Source of the DNA: Monocercomonoides exilis PA203
Taxonomy: Eukaryota > Protista > Preaxostyla
Assembly (NCBI GenBank): GCA_001643675.2
Contig: LSRY02000010.1
Coordinates: forward strand, 186,001 to 250,000
Direction: 5' to 3'
Length of the DNA: 64,000 bases
The notes beneath the pieces are model-generated. The model ran no database searches and was not told the origin of the DNA. It saw nothing but the letters and a program-made list of their open reading frames with translations. Of this stretch, positions 10,919 to 23,089 are shown one piece after another; position 1 is the stretch's first letter, and the number at the start of each line of letters is the position of its first letter. A program made the translations under genes and the position numbers.

Positions 10919-13849
10919 ATAGTGACGTAGAAATTTGATAATAAAATGGTAATAAAGTTTAGAAAGATTTGTGAGATGGAAAAGAAGATTATCATTGAAT
11001 GAAATTCACCACAAAATTAAATTATTTCAAAAAAAATCCAAAAATTTTAAATCGTTTAATAAAAGTCACTCAAAAAGTGCAATGAAACAACAATTACATA
11101 ACAAAATTCTTTTCTTTCTCTTTCTCTCCTTCTCTTCTTCTCTCTCTTTCTCAAAAAACAAAAATAAATAAAAAGTTTCATCCTTTCTATCAAACCTGTC
11201 TTTCTTTCTTAACCCCATCAATTGTTGACTCCCATCTTCCTTTTGTCCTTTCCTTCTCTTCCACCCTCTCGTTGTACTTCAAATCTCTCAACAGCATCTC
11301 GGTATCTGCAATTGGATCCTTCGAATGAAGCTGCTTGCTCAGCGTGGCGATTGCTTCGGGTGAAAAATCCTGAGGGGGAAGAAGAGGGAAGAAGAGGGAA
11401 GGGAATGGAAGTGGAATGGAATTGTTGATATTTCATTTATACACAAAGAAAGAAAAAAATAAACAAAGAAAGAAAGATGATCATAAGAATGTAAAATAAT
11501 AAAAATAAATGAAATCATTTAAAATTGCAACATATATAAAAGAATTATCACAAATAAATATCAACTCCATGACTTCAATAAACAGAATTAACACAACCTT
11601 CAGCTTGTCCAGATTCCGAGCAGCTAACGCTCTCTGCATCTTCGAATTCGTCAGCATCGTTACTGTCTGCACAATCGGATCATTCTCATCCACACTCACA
11701 CTTACATCTCCATTTCTATTGATTTCACTTCCTTCTCCTCCTTCTCCTCCTTCTCCTCCTTCTCCTCCTTCTCCTCCTTCTCCTCCTTCTCTTTCTTCTT
11801 CTCCTCTTCCTTCTCTTCCAGATACATTCCTCGATGTCATCCCTCTCTTTTTCGCCTGTCTCACAGCAGAAAAAGATGGAAGCACCATTTTTCTACTTCT
11901 TCCGCCTCAGCCAGCAGATGAAGCTCTAATTTGAGAAGAAGAAGAAAAAGAAGAAGCATCAGAAAATGGATAGAAATTGGCATTGGTGTTTTTCAGTTTG
12001 TCTGATGCTTCCCACACAATCACATCTGAATCATCGAAGCAAACGGGTTGGTGAAGCGAGGAGTGAATTGTATTTGATTTTGACTTTGAAATTGATTCAA
12101 ATTTTGTGATTGTGTTTGTATTTGGCCTTGGAAGAGAGGAAAGCCTCAGCCAACAGGACCGTCTGGAGTGAATGTGGAAGAAGAAGAAGAAGAAGAGTGG
12201 GAGGAGGAAGGAGAAGAAAATCGACGAAGAGCTGGGAGTTGTTGTCTTGATGCTGATGATGGACATTGTGATTCTTCTTCAATGAGATGTCAATGTTATG
12301 TTGAAATGGATTAATAAATAAAGAAGAAAAAGAAAGAAGGAAATTAATAAACAAATAATAAATAAATAAATAAATATAAAAATATTGTCAAAAAAAAAAT
12401 CAATTCTATTAAAAAGTATACGACGTAATGTTCCATCGACACTTTGAGCAAGCGGGAGCAGGCGAGCAGTGCATGTGGGAGAAATGCCGTAGAAGAGAGA
12501 AGCAGGAGGAGTGGAGAGGAGCCTGGCAGTGGAGAAAGGAGACATTGGAGTGAACTGGGAAGAGCGGGAGGTGATTGGATGAACGGAGGAGGATACAGTT
12601 GGGTTGAATAAAGCGACTGAGAAGAGGTGAAGGAAGGATATGAGAGGAGGAGGAGGAAAAAGAGGAAGTGAAGGCACTTGTGATATGAAAGATGGAGTTG
12701 TGGAGTGTAATGAGATGTGCTGTGATGAAGTGGCATGAAATGGAAATTAAGTGTCTATTGAAGATGGCTGTGTTGTAGTGGGCAGAAGCAAAGGAACTGG
12801 TCAAATGGAAGAAGAAGAGGAGGAAGAAGAAGAATAGATTATTTCTAATTCATGAGTAATTTTTCTTCGAGCTTTTTAAATAACAACGTTAAAATTATCG
12901 CAATTAATCAAATCCACATCAGGCGCAATGATATCACAAAAATCTTCCATTCATAATCATTATATTTAATACAAAACAACAATCTTTTTGATTCCTTTCA
13001 TATTTCTTCTCCAGTTTTTCGCAAATTTCTCATTTGTTTTTCAAACGCAAAATATATTATTATTATGGTTAAAAAATATCAAAAAATTTCAAAAAACAAA
13101 AAAAAAATAAATTAATAAATATAAACAAATAAAAAAACAGTGAAGTTTGGGTAATACATATATATTCATGAATTGCAAAATTAGGGAAAAAACAATCATA
13201 TCAATCTTATCGACAAATGAATAATTTCTCGACCGACAAATTGCACGCAAAAAATATGTGTCGCAGAGGCCTATTCAGAAATAGAAACATGTTTTTCTTT
13301 GAAGACAAAAACCACTTGAAAATAATTGTTTTGAATTCTTTATTTTATTTTCAGAGATTAAGTGACAAAGTGAAAACAACATTTTTTCTCTTTTGGATGA
13401 AAATGTCTGTCCATATGGTACAAAATATTTGACTTCAGGCATTTTCATTGAAAAATTAAGCACTTCAGATTCGCTTTTCATGAATAAAAATTATCTTCGA
13501 AACTGGTTCATTTCTCGAAATTCGTTTGAGGTCACAAAACATAATGTTGCTATATCAATGATATATGTTAACAGATATGAAAATCAAATTGTTTTCGAAA
13601 TCTGAGAAAGATTTTTGAAGTTATTAGTGAAGCTATTTTTAAATGTCTTGTGCAATAAATGCTTGAAAGTCCGTTTTTTCACCCATATTAGTATTATAAC
13701 AAAAAACATTCGATTATTAATTGTGTATTTCTTCACTCATGTCTTTTGTACCTGATTAGAAATCATATGTTGCTGATTATTACAAGCTTTTTTAAGATTT
13801 TGAAAAGAGTTGGGAGTGGTTCATTCACATTATCAACTTCTTTGAAACG

Positions 13850-14604
13850 AAAAAATACACATCTTGTAGAAGATATATGAAATAAACAACAGTCGATGAA
13901 ACAAATCGATCATAGAGATGTTCAGCATGCAACAAATTCGTTTCATATTTGAAGTGGACAGCTTTTATGGAATTCATCTTAAAATCAATAAAATATTTCT
14001 TATTCTTTTGTATTTCGAGCAAAATTTTCGAATTGATCAGTGCTCATATTTGACTGGAGTTGGCCGAAATACAGTAGGTTATTGGTATTCTGTTGCTCGA
14101 GCATCCATCGGAATTCGAATGTCGAGTGTGAGGTTTATTCTTTGAGGAGAAGGATGTTTTGCGGAAATAGATGAGGCAATTCTGAGAAAAAGAAAGTTCC
14201 ACAAAGGATAAAAGAAGAAACAAATTTGGCTTTTTGGATTTGAAGAAAGAAAAGAAAATGAAGTTGTGGAATGTTTTATTGTCAGTGTTTCAAATAGAAA
14301 AAAGGATTCTTCGAGACCCATCATTGAAGCCAGCATTCAGAAATGAACTACGATTTTCAGTGATGAGTGCGGTACGTATAAGTATTTGAATGAATATGGA
14401 TTCAAACATTTGACAGTTTGTCATAAATACGAATTCAAAAATACAAAAACTGGAGTATGCCCAAATTTGATAGAAGGTTGTTGGTCTCATTTCAGAAGAT
14501 CATTGCCTCCTTGTGGAATCAAAGAAAAGTTCATCGATGATTTTATTGCTTCATTTTTGTTTCAACAAGAAAAAGATATTCTATTCAGAATTTGTTGGAA
14601 ATGA
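13850..14604 (+). pseudogene. Merlin/IS1595-family transposase remnant (copy 2)
   Basis: TVGYWYS, L*GEGCFAEIDEAILRKRKFHKG, QIWLFGFEER, TTIFSDE, HLTVCHKYEF, CPNLIEGCWSHFRR. In-frame stops present. Confidence 0.85.
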
Positions 14605-14999
14605 AACTTATTAGTAACATTCTGATGATATATTTGTAAAAATGTTAGGAAATGTGTTCGACTTTTTTAACTGAAAAAGCAACTTCCAATGAATGTTTTA
14701 CTTCACTTTGTTCTTTAAAATGATTAATTGTTGTTAAAAATGAGTGAAAAATATGTTTGAATTGAGAAAAAAAAATAAAATTGAAAAATTTATATTTTTT
14801 AATTATCTGTGCAACTTGAAGCAGAAGAGCCATCGCCGGCACCCAAATTGTCACAGTTAATTTCTCCACTTGATGAATTTGTATCTTTAATTATGTTGTC
14901 CAACTCCGCAACACATGATGCTATAACTTGTGTGTCATCTTCTTCTTTTATTTTCAGAGGCTCAAATTGATAAATCATTCCAACAAGTTGAATAAAATT

Positions 15000-15790
15000 A
15001 ACTTTTAAAACACTCAAAACAATGAAAATTGACAAATGATCTTGAAGAAACATTTGGCGAAACACCGATTATGGAAAAAATGATCTCATATGGTGCCACA
15101 TCCCTTCGACGGTATTAGTACAAGCCCCTGTGATGGGATCTCCAAAGTTTCTTTTGTGTGCAACAATTTTGTGCTCACAACCTAAATCCGGTAAAACTTT
15201 ATAGGGAGCCCACTCATCACTCACAATTGTTGATCCTTGCAAAATGTGAGCTTGAATTATAGGTTGCAAGTGCTTTTTTTTTCTTGATTTTACTATCCAA
15301 ATCTATTTTTTCTGGATTGTTCCATCCATTTACCTCTCAATAGCTCCAAAAGCCCATTGCTGTTGTTTTGAGGGATCTCTTTTGTTCTTTCTCCTCCTCA
15401 AAAATTGTTTCATCGATTACAACCACGATTCCAGTTCCCCCAAAAATGATTGGATGCTCGATCAAAACAATCGTGCATGCGACACGACTTATACTGTACC
15501 AATAACCAACGCTGTTATAAGATAAATTCGATAGATTCCTTGCCGTTTTATTTGGTATCCCTATGTCGAAATAAAGAATCAACAGTAGAATCTTTCCAAA
15601 CACTATTTTATTGTGCTTGAAAACTGAAGTTATAAACAAAGATTTCTTCGATCAACGTTTTTTGCATTTCCAATATGACGCATTTTCACCGTTTTTGATG
15701 CACGTAAAAAATAATCTGTCTTTTCTGCAAAATGGCTTTTTCCCTCGTAAAATGTGTTCAAAAAACCAATTCCAAGAATCGTTTTTCGAG
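15000..15790 (-). pseudogene. Merlin/IS1595-family transposase remnant (copy 3), convergent with copy 2
   Basis: Zinc-ribbon remnant near 15650-15740, SVGYWYS, FGGTGIVVVIDETIF, QQWAFGAIE, GSTIVSDEWAPY, HKIVAHKRNFGDP, CTNTVEGMWHHMR. Frameshifted. Confidence 0.85.
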
Positions 15791-16564
15791 AAAAATTGAG
15801 ATTGAAGTTCAAAAACTGACACAGAAAAATATCAAAGATTTCGATCACAACGTTAACAATGATCAAAAACCATAATTCAAAACAATTTCTATTGAAATTT
15901 TAATTGAAAAAACGAAGAAATGAAACATAAAAAAAATGTTTTGTTTTAACTTATCAATCAGCAGTAAATTATTAGGTTCAATTTTATTGAGAAAATTCGG
16001 GACCCAATTTGTCACATCTTACTGTAGTTTTTCAATAAATATTTCAAAAATTTGTGAAATGCTTCTTCGGCTGAAAAAAGTCACTTCAAAATAAATAAAA
16101 AATTGCTGTATCTCTACGAAAAATAAACAAAATTTGAAAAACAAACAGGTTATTTAATGTAGTTGTTTTATCAGCACACTCATCCGAGTGTTGTGGTTCA
16201 TCAAGCTTTTGTGAATGATTGGAATGCAAAAACAAAAAAAAGATCCAATAAAGAAAAAAGTCCCATTAAAAAGTTGACACTTATCAAAAGCTTGGTTTAG
16301 AATTAATTATTTTCTATGTAAATTTTCTTTGTTCGCAAATATATTTCATTTATTTCATTTTTTTAAAATTTAAATAAACCGTTTTGTTATTTTCTTCTGT
16401 ATTTCAATTTTAAAAAAATTTCTAAAGTATTTAAAAAATGAAGGGACATTTTGAATAAAAATTTAAAAGTGTTTATGCAATTGAATTGATGGCATGTTTG
16501 TCAATTTTAATATGTTTTTAGTAAATTAATTGTTATATATTTTATTGTGGATATATTATCATAG

Positions 16565-19500
16565 CACTTGAACCAAAGCGTATACGCCATTATACAAATA
16601 AAAAGGGAGAAAAAAGAACATCCCTGTCATTGCACTCGAAAGCAAAAAATCCTTCTGATTTACATCCTAATTTACGTTTCAATGATATTGAAAATGAAAA
16701 AAATTTGCTTGAAATTGACCCAACGAAAATCGATGAAAAAGAACTTTTTGAACTTGCATCCCGTCTTCAAGAAACTACCCGCAGACTATCTTCAAGTTTA
16801 AAGAGCACAAAACATACTCTTCAACAACTTACAGAAAGATCTGCGAGCCAACAAGCAATTATTACAGACTACGAATTAAAAGAAAATTTACAAAAAAGGC
16901 AACTCGAGGCACTTCTTGCAAAAGAGAGAGCAAGGGCTGAAAGCATTGTTTCTGAGTTGCAAAGAGTTTCTCAAGATAATATCCAATCATTGAAGTTTCA
17001 ATTAGAACGAATCCACAATGAAAAAGAACAAATTGAATTGGAATATCAATACAAGCTGGAAGCTGCGAAAAAGCAAGCAGGAGAAGAGGCGTGGAAACAT
17101 CAAGAAACAAGAGGTTTATTCGGTTACGAAACAATGAAAACAACAGTTTTAAGCGAAGAAAAGCGACAAATGGAAGAAGCTCTTCGCAAAGCTGGAAACG
17201 AAATGATGAAAATAGCCGAAGCAAAAGAACTAGAAACATCAAAAATGGAACTCCTTGCAAGAGAATTATCCAAAGAAAGAGAAGACAATGCATTATTGCG
17301 TGCACGACTATCCGAGCTTCAAGATTCAGAGAAGAAAATGCAGGAAAGGTATCAGAAAGAAGAAGAGCAAAAACAAGCATGGGCACAACGAATGAGAGAA
17401 TTGGTGGTGGCATTGGAATCTTCAAAAATTCAGTACGCACAGCTAAGGCAGGAGTCAGACGAGTGGAAGATGAAAGAGGAGGAGAGAAAACACGAAGAAA
17501 GAGAAAGAATGACAAAACTTGTGAAAGAAAAAGAAATCATTGAAAGGCAATTCTTACTGTTGAAAATAAAGCATGAAGATTTGACAAAAGAAATGCATAA
17601 CTTTGCTCAAACTTCTTTTCAGCACGGACAAATTTGCAATTATGACAACACCAAAGATTTTGAAGCCAGTGAAAATGAAAAACATGAGGAAAGCCAAGAA
17701 GAAGAAGAAGACGAAGACGAAGAAGATGATGAAGAAGAAAACTTTTGCACGACTCATTCAAGTGCTATAAAAGCTGGAGGCAGTAAGGGCAATTGCGCAG
17801 AAAGCACAGATCCAAGGCAAAATACATCTGAACGATCAGACGAATCGATTATTCAAACCCTTCAGATTCTTCAATCAGAAGTGGAGCGTCTTCGTGAAGA
17901 AAGGGAAATAGAAAGGAAAAAATACGAAGCGTCTGAAGCTTCCATCTTAGATTTGAGAGGCGCATTGGAGAAAGCTAACTCCGAAAGAAAAGAACTGGAA
18001 ATGACAAAAGACAGTTCAGAAAAAGCAAAGCAGGCATTGTCAGATGAAAGAGATAGTCTTGTCAGAGAGAAAGAAGAACTGCAGCAATCTAACAGGGATT
18101 TATTGGAGGAAGCGAAAAAGGAAAAAGAAAGGATGGAGGTGAGTTGGCAAAGAGAAATGGAAAGAAAAGAAAAAGAAGTTGCAGAAATGAAAGAAGAAAT
18201 AATGAAGAAAGAGGAAGAATTAAGTGAAAGAATAAAAATGGAAGAACAGAAAAAGAAAGAAATAGAAGAAAAATATGAAAAAGAGAAAAGCATAATTTTG
18301 GAGCAGAAAGAAGAAGAACTGAAAGAATTATCATTGAAATATGCAGCGTTTATGAAAGAAGCTGACGAGAAGCGAGAGAAAGAGAAAGCAGAAAGAGAAA
18401 AGAAAGAGAAAATGTGCCTTGAAAGTCAGAGAGAGCTCGGCCAACTGCTTGAAGAGAGAGAAGAAGAACGAAAAGAGCACAACCAGAGAATTGAAGCATT
18501 TGAGAAGAAAATCACAGAATTCGAACAGAAAATACAAGAACATGCTTCAAATGAAGAGAAGCTTGCAAATGAAGCAGAAGCACTGAGGAAAGAAACAGCG
18601 AGGTTGAAGAAGCAAAGAGAAAAGGAGAGGAAGAAAGAAAAAGAAGAAAGAGAAGCCATCGAACAGGAGAATGAAGCACTCAAAGAAAGAGAGCAGCGTC
18701 TCTTAGCTCAAATTCAGCAGGCTGAATCAGAAAAAAACAGAGTTATTCTTCAGAGCCGCACAGCCGAAGCGAAACTGAAGAGAGAAATAAGCCAGAAAGT
18801 CGAGGAAAAAGAGGAGGAAGAGGCAAAAAAGTTGGCTCAATTGAATGAAAAACTGAATGCTGAGCGGAAAGAACAGAGGCAGAAGCAAGCACAGCTTGTG
18901 AAGCAACACGAAAAGAAGATAAAAGAAATGGCAAAAAAGCAGGCACAGCTCACAGATAACATTGAAGAACTTCAACAAAAACTAGCTTTGATCACGAAAG
19001 AAAAAGAAGAGATTGAGATAGGATTCACAAAGAAGATAAGCTTACTGGAAAAAGAGCACAAAGAAGATGTAAAAGAACTTGAAGCTAAACGGAACGAGGA
19101 AATCAAACAGGCAGAAGATGAAATAGCGATGCTTAGAGAAGAACTTGCAAAGAAACTTGAAGAGGAAAAAGTGAAGGAACATTTGGAAAAACAAAAGATG
19201 CAAAAGGAAGAGGAAGAATTACTAAAGAAGCTGAAAAGTATAGTGTCTGAAAATGCGAAAAAAAGCAAAGAGAATAAGAGCGAAGAAAGAACCGAGAAGA
19301 AGAAGGATAAAGACAATGAAGAAGAAACAGAAGCGAGTCCAGTTATTTCTGATGTGAACGTTAGCTCAACAAAAAAAGTGAGTTCAAAGAAGGATGCGAA
19401 GAACAATCAGACAAGCAAAAAAAAGAAGATGAGCTTGAAAGCAAAGATCAAAAAGCAAAATGAGTTGCTAAAGAGGATGCTTGAATCAGAAGACATCAGC

Positions 19501-20652
19501 ATTTCAACTGATTTTGATGAGTATGAAAAAGGAAATTTTGAATCAAAAATTGAAGAAGACAAAATAAATAATGAGAAAAATGATGAAATTTCTGATTCGT
19601 CAACATTTGACAAGAAAAATGAAGATCCAGAAGCCGTCGACAAAACGAATGCTAATCATAAAAATCGAGTTGTTGTGTTTTCATTCAAACATTCTGAAGC
19701 CAAACAGCCTGAGCAAACAAACAAAGAGAATTCTGAGCAAGCAGATTCGAGCTCTGGAAATGGCATAAGAAGAAACAAACTTCTTTTCCCGCAAAAGAAA
19801 AACGACAAAAAAGAGCATGATACAAAAAGCGAAGAAGATGCGATGGAAGAAGAGAGCACAGAAAGTGCTTTGTCTGATTTGTCGAGCGAAGACAGCAAAG
19901 AAGACTTGAAAGATCCTTCTGAAGATGAAAGCAGCAGCAGCCTCTCCACAACTTTTGACGAGCACCTTCAGAATGTGACTGATACACTCAATCTGCTGAA
20001 GCAAAAAATGAGTAAAGATAATTCAACAGCCACTTTGAGCGATGAAGACAAAGCATCAAAAGAGAAGGAAGAAGCAAAAGAAGACACTCATCATTTGTAT
20101 GTTCGGCCTTATGATGAACTGAGCTTGTCTCAATCTCGATTCGTCTCTCCAGTCACAACACCGTCATTTCATCATGTCAGATTTCAGACAGATGATCATG
20201 TTTCATTCAATCAGAGCGCAAACTCAGAACAAAAAGTTGCTCCTTCCACTCCTTCCTCTCTTCAAAGCATCGTCCCTCCTCCTCCTCCTTCAGTTGGATT
20301 GACACCAATTTCTGCCCCTGCAAAATCTGAAAGCCAGAAAACTCTTCTCCTTCCCCCTCCTCCACTTCCTTCAACTTATTCTTCAAAATCCTTTTCGAAT
20401 GGATTTTATACTCCTCTTAGCACTCCATCATTTCGAAGCAATATCTCAACCCCTTCGGTCATTTCATTCACACCCACACCTTCACATCAAGTTGAATCGG
20501 CCACTTCTCAACCAGTAGCAACATCTTCTTCTGCAGCTTCACCTTCTGTTTCATCCTTACAAGATCGACAAAGCTTCAAGTCTTTTTCGACAAATTCAAA
20601 TCATTCTTTGTCTTCAGACATTTCTTCTTTTTCAACATCATTTTCACCTTAA
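16565..20652 (+). CDS. Large E/K-rich coiled-coil protein with S/P-rich C-terminus (at least 1360 aa; upstream exon(s) unresolved)
   Basis: 4-kb open frame that extends upstream of the track start to an AG acceptor at 16563-16564. Heptad-like E/K/R/Q composition. No recognisable catalytic domain. Confidence 0.8.
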
Positions 20653-20808
20653 AGTGCAGATTTGTTAAATTGTTTTCTCCTTTTCTTTTTTATAAATTAA
20701 TTTATTTTTATCTCTGTTGAATTTTACAGACGTTTTAGTGAATATTTTACAATTGCATTTTTGATCAATATTTACCAGAATCAAAATTTTTGTTCTAACT
20801 TTTGCTAA

Positions 20809-22230
20809 ATGCAAGAGGACAGAGCTCACTACCTGTCAAACGTCAGTGGAAAACATATTTTTGTTACAGGAGGAATGGGATTAGTTGGACATCATATTCT
20901 TAACATCTTATCTCAGCTTGGGGCAATCGTAACATGTTATGATATCTCCGTTCCGCGTACTTCAAAAGAAGTGAACGAAAAATCAACATTAACAACATCT
21001 AATTTCTGGAGTAAAATAGAAAAAAACGGTAATTTGAAATTTATTAAAGGAGATATTTTGGATTTACAACTTTTAAAACAGTCTTCTCGCGGACAGGATG
21101 CAGTCATTCATCTGGTATCTCGAGGCACTGATCACTCTTCAAAAGGAGAGGACATAGAAAAAGTTAATGTAGAAGGCATTAAAAATGTGATTGAATGCTG
21201 CAAACATAACGGAATACACTATCTTGTTGCAACTTCAGGTTCAACGGTGATTTTTGATGGGAAGCATTCGCATCACATGCTTTCTGAAGAACTGCCTTAT
21301 CCGTCAGTGTTTGTGGATTTTTATTCAGAAACAAAGGCACATGGAGAAAAACTTGTTCTGGAGGCAAATAATCTCAATGGAGATAACTGGCTTCTAACGA
21401 CTTGTTTAAGACCAGGAATTATATACGGACCTGGCGCATGGATGACCATCGGAAAAGTTGTACATCTTGCAAAAAATCGCAAAATGCTTGTTCAGATTGG
21501 AAAAGAAAAAATCCCTCTTATTCATTCTCATGATGCAGCCTACGCTCATGTTCTTGCTCTTTCCCAACTGCTTCATTATTCACATCACCCTTCTTCAAAC
21601 TCTACCAAGAACAACAGAAAACATTCAACAATTTCATCATCATCTAATGCACAAGATTCATTTCATCCTTCATTTCATGAAACTGTTCCTCTTTGCGCAG
21701 GGAAAGCTTACTTTGTTCATGATGGTCATCCACGAAATATTGTGTCTTGGTGTTCTCCTCTTCTTCAATCACTTCATCTTCAGGCGCCAAAAGTTGTCCT
21801 CCCTTCATTTCTCGGGAAAATATTCGTCTTTCTTGCAACACTACTTTGTTTTATCAAAAATTTTTGTTTGGGTTTTCTAAAAACTGTTTTTCCGTGTTGT
21901 TCAAAGCAAGATAAACTAAAAAATGCTCATCCTTCTGCTTCCTCCTCAACTCCTTTGCAACTCTCTGCATCTTCGCATGAACAATCAGACACAATTCCGT
22001 TTTTCATTCGAAGCACAGTTGAATGCACATATTCAATAAGTCAAATAGAACATGATCTCAACTTTTTCTCCATTGTGACACCTGAACGTGGACTTGCCGA
22101 ACTTGAAGAATATTACAAGCAATTACTGGAAGTTGAAGAACTTGCTCAAAGAACAGAAAACATAAATAATAGAGGCACATCCAAATCTCCTGGTATATTT
22201 TTCACTTCAGTTAGCAAAAAAGAAGATTAA
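20809..22230 (+). CDS. Extended SDR, 3-beta-hydroxysteroid dehydrogenase/NSDHL/SDR42E1-like, 473 aa, intronless
   Basis: TGGMGLVG nucleotide-binding motif, GDILD, DAVIHL, VNVEG, catalytic YSETK, LRPGIIYGPG, AGKAYFVHDG, and a C-terminal hydrophobic segment. Confidence 0.85.
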   Translation: MQEDRAHYLSNVSGKHIFVTGGMGLVGHHILNILSQLGAIVTCYDISVPRTSKEVNEKSTLTTSNFWSKIEKNGNLKFIKGDILDLQLLKQSSRGQDAVIHLVSRGTDHSSKGEDIEKVNVEGIKNVIECCKHNGIHYLVATSGSTVIFDGKHSHHMLSEELPYPSVFVDFYSETKAHGEKLVLEANNLNGDNWLLTTCLRPGIIYGPGAWMTIGKVVHLAKNRKMLVQIGKEKIPLIHSHDAAYAHVLALSQLLHYSHHPSSNSTKNNRKHSTISSSSNAQDSFHPSFHETVPLCAGKAYFVHDGHPRNIVSWCSPLLQSLHLQAPKVVLPSFLGKIFVFLATLLCFIKNFCLGFLKTVFPCCSKQDKLKNAHPSASSSTPLQLSASSHEQSDTIPFFIRSTVECTYSISQIEHDLNFFSIVTPERGLAELEEYYKQLLEVEELAQRTENINNRGTSKSPGIFFTSVSKKED

Positions 22231-23089
22231 AACAAAAATTTATAAATCATAATTTCAAAAAGCATCAATTTTTATCAATTTACACTTTTCAGTTGCTTAA
22301 AGGTAGCTTGTAAGCATACAAAAACAATATCAGGCTGTCAAACAAACAATTAACATAAACATGGAATGCGCATAAAACTGATAATGTCCTCAAATAACAA
22401 ACAAGCAGACAAGGAAAATATGATAATTAAGCTAATAAACAAAAACTTCACAATTGCCCCTTAAATACGCTTGAGCGAACAAATTGTAAATAGAAACAAA
22501 AAAGTTGATGTGATCAACCAAATGAAAGGATTGAGACTTAAAAAAATAAAATGTGACATTGCATCGATATTTCAATTAAAGTCAATGATTGTTAAATATC
22601 AAATATGAACAAAATTTTATTATCTCATTTTCCTGATAATTACTATTAAAAAAAGAAAAATGTTTGAAAAAATCAACAAAATTAACAGGAAAAATAATAA
22701 TAATAATAATAATAATAATTAATAATAAAAAGACAAAATAAATAACTTTGAAAAATTACTGAAACGAATAATCTAACACAAAACACAAGTTCGAAGGATT
22801 TACACAACGAATGTGCCAAAACAGTTTCGAAAAACATAAATCGTGAAAAATGAAAAGCGCGATAAATGGATAATTTGAACATAACTTTTATGAACGATAA
22901 GATACTAACTGTAGAAGAAAGTGTTTCTATAATCAATCTTCCACTTACATGAATCCATCATTCAAATGAAACCGTAATGCTTTCCTTCAAAAACGACAAG
23001 GAAAATGCATTGACATTAAAAAAACAAAAAGTTTTTCTTTTTCTTTTTCCTTTTTAAAATTAATATCAAATTAATTATTACTGTTTTCT

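Larger units (their letters stand above)
9705..13271. mobile_element. Non-autonomous TIR element (3.57 kb) with gene-like low-complexity cargo
   Basis: Perfect 13-bp TIR GGCCTCTGCGACA (9705-9717) / TGTCGCAGAGGCC (13259-13271). Identical flanking direct repeat TATTCAGAAATA at 9693-9704 and 13272-13283. CGAC-rich subterminal repeats. No recognisable transposase. Confidence 0.8.

Noticed and set aside
10552-10995. Poly-Phe ORF
   Set aside because: Translation of the (GAA)n microsatellite.
13417-13752. Short inverted pair GGTACAAAA / TTTTGTAC(C) as a possible MITE
   Set aside because: Only about 9 bp in AT-rich DNA and no target-site duplication.
1-16016. Bacterial contamination suggested by IS1595-like transposases and a Dam-like MTase
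   Set aside because: They are interleaved with spliceosomal-intron genes, and both are normal parts of eukaryotic Merlin and DIRS1 elements.
16862-20004. F/S/L-rich minus-strand ORFs that look like membrane proteins
   Set aside because: Antisense of GAA/AAA-rich coiled-coil coding sequence. The same applies to 33514..36297 (+) and 40167..40622 (-).
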